Shown piece after piece: positions 58,357 through 64,000 of a stretch of 64,000 nucleotides of DNA. The stretch lies in NCBI GenBank assembly GCA_008080735.1, contig SHMW01000006.1, positions 28,588 to 92,587 of the forward strand, written 5' to 3'. The position numbers and the translations under genes were made by a program. This stretch comes from Promethearchaeota archaeon (lineage in GTDB: Archaea > Asgardarchaeota > Lokiarchaeia > Sigyniarchaeales > SOKP01). The notes beneath the pieces are model-generated. The model was not told the origin of the DNA. It saw only the letters and a program-made list of their open reading frames with translations, and did no database searches. Position 1 is the stretch's first letter. Each line of letters opens with the position of its first letter.

Positions 58357-58784
58357 ATTCCCTTAAAATAAGATCATTTGGATTTTTGATTTATAGAATT
58401 ACTCATTTTCCATCAAATTTAGGTTCTTTATACCCGTTTTCAAAAATAAAAATGTTCGTTCTGTTTGATTTTTTTGTGTTATATAGAATTTTTTAACTCC
58501 TACAGTACTCACCATAATTGGAAAGTGTATAAAATTATACTTTTTTAAATACATTTCACAAAAAAGATATAATTATTTAAGTGAATTTTCGGTCGATAAG
58601 ATTATTGTTTTTCTCGTATCTCGCCATCTGGAGCGATTTTATTTTTGCTTATAAAGTTTTTGGTTTCTGGCTGTTCTAAAGGAATCTATTATAATAAAAT
58701 TAAAATTAAATCTTTAACTACTACCATTTACATACACATTTACAAATCTATTATAAAAATTAACGAAACGAAGAAGTAATAATT

Positions 58785-59168
58785 ATGGTAAATACACTCG
58801 CAGACGCCCTTAATGTGATTAAAAACGCAGAAAGAGCACGTCAAAAAGAAGTTATTGTGAGCCCTGCGTCTAAGTTGATCCAACGCGTACTTCGGATCTT
58901 TCAACAGCACGCCTATATTGGCGAATTTGAGCGCTATGATGATGGACGTCAAGGAAAATTCAAGGTCGCATTATTGGGAAGGATAAACCAATGTGAAGCA
59001 TTGTTACGATTAAATTACAAGTTTGAACAATATGAGGAACTAGAGCGACGTCTTTTACCGGCTCCTGGACTTGGAATTATCATCCTAACAACTAATGAAG
59101 GTATTATGACGATGAGTGAAGCCGATGAGAAAGGAATCGGAGGCATCACGCTCGCGTATGTATATTAA
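58785..59168 (+). CDS. rps8: 30S ribosomal protein uS8
   Basis: LADALNVIKNAE, DDGRQGK and TTNEGIM motifs. Confidence 0.97.
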   Translation: MVNTLADALNVIKNAERARQKEVIVSPASKLIQRVLRIFQQHAYIGEFERYDDGRQGKFKVALLGRINQCEALLRLNYKFEQYEELERRLLPAPGLGIIILTTNEGIMTMSEADEKGIGGITLAYVY

Positions 59169-59177
59169 CAACTAGAG

Positions 59178-59771
59178 GTGAATAAAATGGTAAAACAAGC
59201 ATTTTTTCGAGAAGAACTCGAGATTCCCGAAGATGTCGAGGTAGACTTAACGGGAGATCATCATATTAGAGTAAAAGGCCCCAACGGAGGACCTATTACC
59301 AAAGATTTCTCACATATTCGGGGAATTCATGTGGCAAAAGAAGATAATAAACTTGTCTTTACTGCGAATTTCCCACGCGGCTCAACTGTCGCACTGGCAA
59401 ATACCATAATTAATATTGTGAAGAATTTAATTGAAGGTGTGCGAACCAATTATTCGTATGTGTCCAAAGTATGCTACAGCCACTTCCCATTTAACGTGGA
59501 AGCAAAGCCGAGGAAGAAGGAGCTACATGTGGTAAATTTTCTTGGAGAACGTGCACCGAGAGTGATAAAATATAATCCCTCGAAAGTAAGTGTGGATGTA
59601 AAAGATGATGATGTATTTTTATCTGGTCCTGATAAAGAGATATTGGGACAAACAGCGGCAGATCTAAAAAAAATCTGTCGTATAAAGAAGAAAGATCCTC
59701 GTGTGTTTCAAGATGGGGTATATTTATATAAGATTTTGCACGGGGACGAAATTTTATGGCAAATCAAATAA
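59178..59771 (+). CDS. rpl6: 50S ribosomal protein uL6
   Basis: YSHFP, NFLGERAPR and KDPRVFQDGVY motifs. Confidence 0.97.
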   Translation: MNKMVKQAFFREELEIPEDVEVDLTGDHHIRVKGPNGGPITKDFSHIRGIHVAKEDNKLVFTANFPRGSTVALANTIINIVKNLIEGVRTNYSYVSKVCYSHFPFNVEAKPRKKELHVVNFLGERAPRVIKYNPSKVSVDVKDDDVFLSGPDKEILGQTAADLKKICRIKKKDPRVFQDGVYLYKILHGDEILWQIK

Positions 59772-59805
59772 TTAATATTATTTATGCTAATTAGGTTGAC
59801 GAAAA

Positions 59806-60303
59806 ATGACACGCAAAAAAGAAAGTCTCATAGAACTACGGAAAAAAATGAAGAAAAAGCGTCCTGATTTTAAACGAGTCGAATCATGGCGTTATAAACG
59901 AGTGAAAGATTCGTGGAGAAAAGCGAGAGGGATTGATTCCCAAACACGAAAGAAAACGAAATCTGGGGTAAAATCTCCGAATGTTGGCTATCGAACACCA
60001 AAAAAAATTCGTGGATTGCACCCATCTGGATATGAGGAAGTAAGAATAATTACTAAGGATGATTTAGAGGGGTTAAACCCCAAAAAACATGCCTTAAAAA
60101 TTTCCAGCAGATTAGGGGCTCGGAAACGCATTCCTTTGATTGATTATGCCCAAAAGAGAGGATTTAAGATCTTGAATCTGGGTATTTCTCAGAGAGAATT
60201 AGAAGAGCTGGAAAAAATGTTAGAGACCAGCGTGCCCGAATTAGCAGATGAAGATTTATTGGATGAGGACGAATTAGAAGAATTAGAAGATTTTGATTAT
60301 TAA
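59806..60303 (+). CDS. rpl32e: 50S ribosomal protein eL32 with acidic C-terminal tail
   Basis: WRKARGIDS and GYRTPKKIRGLHPSG motifs. Confidence 0.97.
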   Translation: MTRKKESLIELRKKMKKKRPDFKRVESWRYKRVKDSWRKARGIDSQTRKKTKSGVKSPNVGYRTPKKIRGLHPSGYEEVRIITKDDLEGLNPKKHALKISSRLGARKRIPLIDYAQKRGFKILNLGISQRELEELEKMLETSVPELADEDLLDEDELEELEDFDY

Positions 60304-60342
60304 TAGCATTATAAAATTAAAATAGAAACAAAGTGAATAGCT

Positions 60343-60798
60343 ATGAATCTTGATGCTCAAAAGCGTATGGCCGCAGAAATTTTAGGCTGCGGAGAAAATC
60401 GTGTCTATCTTGATCCCTATTTAATTGACGAGATTAAGATGGCGATTACCCGTGAGGATATACGTAATTTAATTAATGAGGGTGTAATTAAAAAGAAATA
60501 CGAAAAAGGTATTTCAAATTACCGGAAAAAAGTTAGACAAAAAAGGAAGAAGAAGGGCAGAGCTCGAGGTTTAGGTAAGCGAAAAGGTAAAAAAGGAGCA
60601 CGTACCCCGAAAAAACAAGCATGGATTAAAAAAATCAGGCCTATAAGACGGGAACTTAAGAAATTACGAGATCGAAAATTAATAACAAAATCTACTTATC
60701 GCAAACTATATAAAAATGCGAAGGGTGGAATGTTTGATTCCGTCGCGCATTTGAATCGATATATAAAAGAAAATGATTTAATAAGGAGAGGACGCTAA
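60343..60798 (+). CDS. rpl19e: 50S ribosomal protein eL19
   Basis: QKRMAAEILGCGENRV and YRKLYKNAKGG motifs. Confidence 0.97.
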   Translation: MNLDAQKRMAAEILGCGENRVYLDPYLIDEIKMAITREDIRNLINEGVIKKKYEKGISNYRKKVRQKRKKKGRARGLGKRKGKKGARTPKKQAWIKKIRPIRRELKKLRDRKLITKSTYRKLYKNAKGGMFDSVAHLNRYIKENDLIRRGR

Positions 60799-61388
60799 TG
60801 GCAAAAGGACCACGATATCGAAGACCATTAAGAAGGAGAGCTGAGGGAAAGACTAACTATCACAGGCGCCTAAGATTAATCAAATCTAGAAAATTACGTG
60901 CGATTATCCGCGCCTCTGAAAATCACATCACTGTTCAGATCATAAAATCGAAACGTGGTGGAGATGAAATACTAGCCTCTGCTCATTCCAAAGAATTACC
61001 TAAGAATTTTGATTGGGAAGCAAATACAGGCAACATTCCCGCAGCATATTTAACTGGATATCTCGCTGGATTACGGGCAAAAAAGGAGGGAATCGAAGAG
61101 GCGATTCTCGATTTAGGATTATTTTATCATCGAAATCGAGTTCTTGCTGCATTTAGGGGGATCCTTGATGCGGAGATTGAGATTCCACATCGTGAAGAAT
61201 TTTTCACAGGGAGCCTAGAGGAACGAATTAACGGCTCCCATATAGAAGATTATGCTCAATTATTAAAAAAAGAAGATCCAGAAGCGTATGAACAAGTCTT
61301 TTCTGGATATTTACAATCTAAAATAAAACCAGAAAAATTTACTAAAGTAGTAGAAAATACTCGAAATAAAATCGAGAGCAATGTTTAA
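60798..61388 (+). CDS. rpl18: 50S ribosomal protein uL18
   Basis: RRRAEGKTNY and NIPAAYLTG motifs. Confidence 0.97.
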   Translation: MAKGPRYRRPLRRRAEGKTNYHRRLRLIKSRKLRAIIRASENHITVQIIKSKRGGDEILASAHSKELPKNFDWEANTGNIPAAYLTGYLAGLRAKKEGIEEAILDLGLFYHRNRVLAAFRGILDAEIEIPHREEFFTGSLEERINGSHIEDYAQLLKKEDPEAYEQVFSGYLQSKIKPEKFTKVVENTRNKIESNV

Positions 61389-61399
61389 GGTGAATAAGT

Positions 61400-62014
61400 G
61401 TGCCGAGAAGAAGAGATGACGAGGAGCCATGGGTTCCAAGAACTAAATTAGGAGAACTCGTGCAACAAGGATTAATCACATTAGATAAGATCTTCCAACA
61501 AAATCTCGTCGTAAAAGAACAAGAAATAATAGACGAATTACTTCCACAATTGCAAGAAGACGTAATCACTATTCGGATGGTTCAGCAAATGACCCAGAGC
61601 GGGCAAAAATCCCGATTTAAAGCCGTCGTGATTGTTGGTGCTGAAGGATTTTTAGGTGTTGCTTCTGCAAAGAGTAAAGAAGTTGGACCTGCGATCCGAA
61701 AAGCAATCGGGAAAGCGAAACTGAATGTCTTTCCTGTATTACGAGGATGTGGAAGTAGAGAATGTGGTTGCGGAGGTACGCACACCATACCATTTAGAAT
61801 CGAGGGAAAGACGGGATCTGTCAAGATACAATTAATTCCGGCACCCCAAGGAGTAGGTCTTGCCTGCGCAGATACCGTTAAACAAGTATTACGTTTAGCG
61901 GGTATCGAAGATATTTGGAGTAAAACTTTTGGAGATACGAGAACCAGTGAGAATCTGGTCAAGGCAACAATTAATGCCTTAAAAAACGCACATAAATATG
62001 CCTTTAATATTTAA
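61400..62014 (+). CDS. rps5: 30S ribosomal protein uS5
   Basis: WVPRTKLG, GCGSRECGCG and PAPQGVGL motifs. Confidence 0.97.
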   Translation: MPRRRDDEEPWVPRTKLGELVQQGLITLDKIFQQNLVVKEQEIIDELLPQLQEDVITIRMVQQMTQSGQKSRFKAVVIVGAEGFLGVASAKSKEVGPAIRKAIGKAKLNVFPVLRGCGSRECGCGGTHTIPFRIEGKTGSVKIQLIPAPQGVGLACADTVKQVLRLAGIEDIWSKTFGDTRTSENLVKATINALKNAHKYAFNI

Positions 62015-62018
62015 ATGA

Positions 62019-62561
62019 GTGGTGGATATGGTTATGGCAAAAATGAGCAAAAAGAAATTAAAATTAAAACAAGTTGAGATTGAACCGAAACTATTCTTTG
62101 CAGTCCGGATAAGAGGAAGTCCCGGAATGAGCACAAAAACAGAAGATACGCTGAAGATGCTTCGATTGCACAAAGTGAATCATGGTGTTTTAATATGGGG
62201 CACCAAAAGTATGTTAGGGATGCTGAAAAAAGTTAAAGACTTTATCGCATTTGGTGAAATTGATGAAAAAACTTTGGTACGACTATTACGAGTTCGAGGC
62301 AGATTAGAAGGAGACAAACCACTCAACGATGAACATATTCAATTCCTAACAGACTATAAAACGATAAAGGAATTCGCAAAAGATTTACATCAAGGAAAGA
62401 TTAAGTACAGTTCAGAGTATTTGTATAAAGTTAAACCGGTATTTAGGTTGCACCCACCTATCAAAGGGCATCGTGGCTCAATTAAAAAAGCGTTCAATGA
62501 AGGCGGAACCTTAGGATATGTGGGAGATTATATCAATCAACTTATTCATAAAATGATTTAG
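62019..62561 (+). CDS. rpl30: 50S ribosomal protein uL30
   Basis: AVRIRG, LRLHKVNH and FRLHPP motifs; start uncertain. Confidence 0.95.
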   Translation: MVDMVMAKMSKKKLKLKQVEIEPKLFFAVRIRGSPGMSTKTEDTLKMLRLHKVNHGVLIWGTKSMLGMLKKVKDFIAFGEIDEKTLVRLLRVRGRLEGDKPLNDEHIQFLTDYKTIKEFAKDLHQGKIKYSSEYLYKVKPVFRLHPPIKGHRGSIKKAFNEGGTLGYVGDYINQLIHKMI

Positions 62562-62574
62562 AGAGTGAGAGTTA

Positions 62575-63063
62575 ATGACAAGAAAGCATAAAAAGAAGAC
62601 TAAAAAACAAAGAGGAAAACGTACTTTTGGGTATGGTCGTGTTGGTCAGCATCGAAAAACCGGACAACGTGCTGGGAGAGGTAAAACTACCCAATGGAAA
62701 AAAAGTAAGAAAAGTTATTATCTCAAACAAAAAGAACTCGGATTTCCTGATCCTGATTGGAAAGTGGGAAAACACGGATTCAAGCGACCCCAAGATATGG
62801 TGCGATTGTCGAAGGTAAATACGATAAATGTGAAGGATCTCGATTTAACTCTCGAAAAATTAGTACAGCAAGAAAAAGCCACCAAGTCTGGAGATACTTA
62901 TACGATTAATTTAGATAAGATAAATATCCAGAAGGTACTCGGTAAGGGAGAGATTAATAAAAAAGTAAATATTACTGTTAAAAAGGCTTCAAAAGGAGCA
63001 ATCGAGAAGATCGAACAGGCTGGCGGCCAAGTAAATTTTCTCTTTCCCGAAGATCACCAATAA
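62575..63063 (+). CDS. rpl15: 50S ribosomal protein uL15
   Basis: RGKRTFGYG, GKHGF, KVLGKG and AIEKIEQAGG motifs. Confidence 0.95.
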   Translation: MTRKHKKKTKKQRGKRTFGYGRVGQHRKTGQRAGRGKTTQWKKSKKSYYLKQKELGFPDPDWKVGKHGFKRPQDMVRLSKVNTINVKDLDLTLEKLVQQEKATKSGDTYTINLDKINIQKVLGKGEINKKVNITVKKASKGAIEKIEQAGGQVNFLFPEDHQ

Positions 63064-63179
63064 TTCATTTCTATTTTTCAATATCGTTATTAATAACTTC
63101 CATTAGCTTAATTCAATAAGGCTATTTTTAGAATTTAATTAACTCATCTAAATATTAGAGCTATATCGTGGAAGAGTCG

Positions 63180-63851
63180 TTAATATAGTATTTTATACAC
63201 AAGCTGAATCAAACTCGGCAAGATAAATATAAAACCAAGCGTATTTCCAACCTCATGGATAATAGTAAAAACAATTCCGCTAAGGATATACAAGAAAAAC
63301 GCATCCAATGTTCCATATGCAATGATGACACCAATCAAAGATGTAATTACATCAAAAGAGAGAGTAATAATTAATCCGATGAATCCAAATAAACTCATCA
63401 TTGGCAATTTGTATAAATCGTTTTCTGGTCTAAAATAGGACTTCTCTTTTAAAAAATCATGGGTCAATGCTCCTGCTAATCCTGTAAGAGCATAATGTAA
63501 TAATTGGTACATCATCAAAGGAAGTGGAGATACTCCCCATGGATTGAAAAATACAAAAATCACGGCACTTAATGAACCAATCACTAATCCTTCTTTCTTT
63601 CCCATTATAAATCCTCCTAAAAAGATTGAAAGAGTGAAAAGTTCAATATTTGGGATTGACGCTAACGCATATGCTAATACAACACTAACTGCGATGAACA
63701 TACTTAGTAAAGCAACTCTAAATGAATATTTTTCTAACCATATTGAATGAACATGATTCTCATCTTCGCGTTTTTCTTGTTTCGTTAGAATATTCTCGTC
63801 CATTCCTATTGAACCTAAATTATCTCTTAAATTTCCATTTCTAATTTTCAT
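63180..63851 (-). CDS. ECF transporter S component-like membrane protein
   Basis: IPNIEL...GFIMGKKEG motif; about 6 TM. Confidence 0.75.
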   Translation of the reverse strand: MKIRNGNLRDNLGSIGMDENILTKQEKREDENHVHSIWLEKYSFRVALLSMFIAVSVVLAYALASIPNIELFTLSIFLGGFIMGKKEGLVIGSLSAVIFVFFNPWGVSPLPLMMYQLLHYALTGLAGALTHDFLKEKSYFRPENDLYKLPMMSLFGFIGLIITLSFDVITSLIGVIIAYGTLDAFFLYILSGIVFTIIHEVGNTLGFIFILPSLIQLVYKILY

Positions 63852-64000
63852 TTTTTTATCGTTTATTTCATTAAAGATTCTCTTTTGAAGTTAATAGTAT
63901 AGGATAAGTTGACCGATCATATATATATATATTAAAAATTAAAAAAGTTTTAAATTTATTTATTTTAGCTTAATAATTAAAAGAATATGCTGAGAGGATT

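Noticed and set aside
1-64000. Mobile elements, defence systems, rRNA
   Set aside because: No transposase, integrase, cas, restriction-modification or rRNA-like sequence recognised. MazG and the deaminase look like housekeeping types.

Overview
AT-rich archaeal chromosomal segment, most consistent with an Asgard archaeon of the Lokiarchaeia type. This is inferred from the archaeal ribosomal proteins (S4e, L32e, L19e), Rpp29, Trm1, MptE and several eukaryotic-signature proteins. The window is mostly housekeeping DNA; I found no mobile elements and no CRISPR array. In order it holds: hdrC and thioredoxin; an overlapping pair of V4R/TRAPP (Bet3/Trs31)-like genes; a membrane-anchored penicillin-acylase-family enzyme; a HEAT+LRR protein; a roadblock gene with an uncharacterised 723-aa neighbour; a secretion/N-glycosylation neighbourhood (GT4, Sec61beta, ribophorin I-like, Trm112, tRNA-Gln with a D-loop intron, DUF354, AglH/ALG7, extended HtpX, DPPR-synthase-like UbiA, PHP, DUF362); two RecA-family paralogs; class I FBPase, trm1 and rlmE; a C34/TFE-beta-like Fe-S factor with a hairpin leader; gcvH; a DC2/OSTC-like OST subunit; a C4HC3-finger protein; peptidases; a decayed PNPOx-like pseudogene; an FG-GAP beta-propeller; and the S19-to-L15 ribosomal cluster, which lacks L3/L4/L23/L2, SUI1 and secY. 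The best candidate systems are (i) a translocon-coupled STT3A-type OST set (RPN1 with a cytosolic helical bundle, DC2, Sec61beta), (ii) an operonic proto-TRAPP heterodimer, and (iii) a DPPR synthase-PHP-DUF362 lipid-linked pentose pathway. All family calls come from motif recognition and remembered sequences, not database searches.
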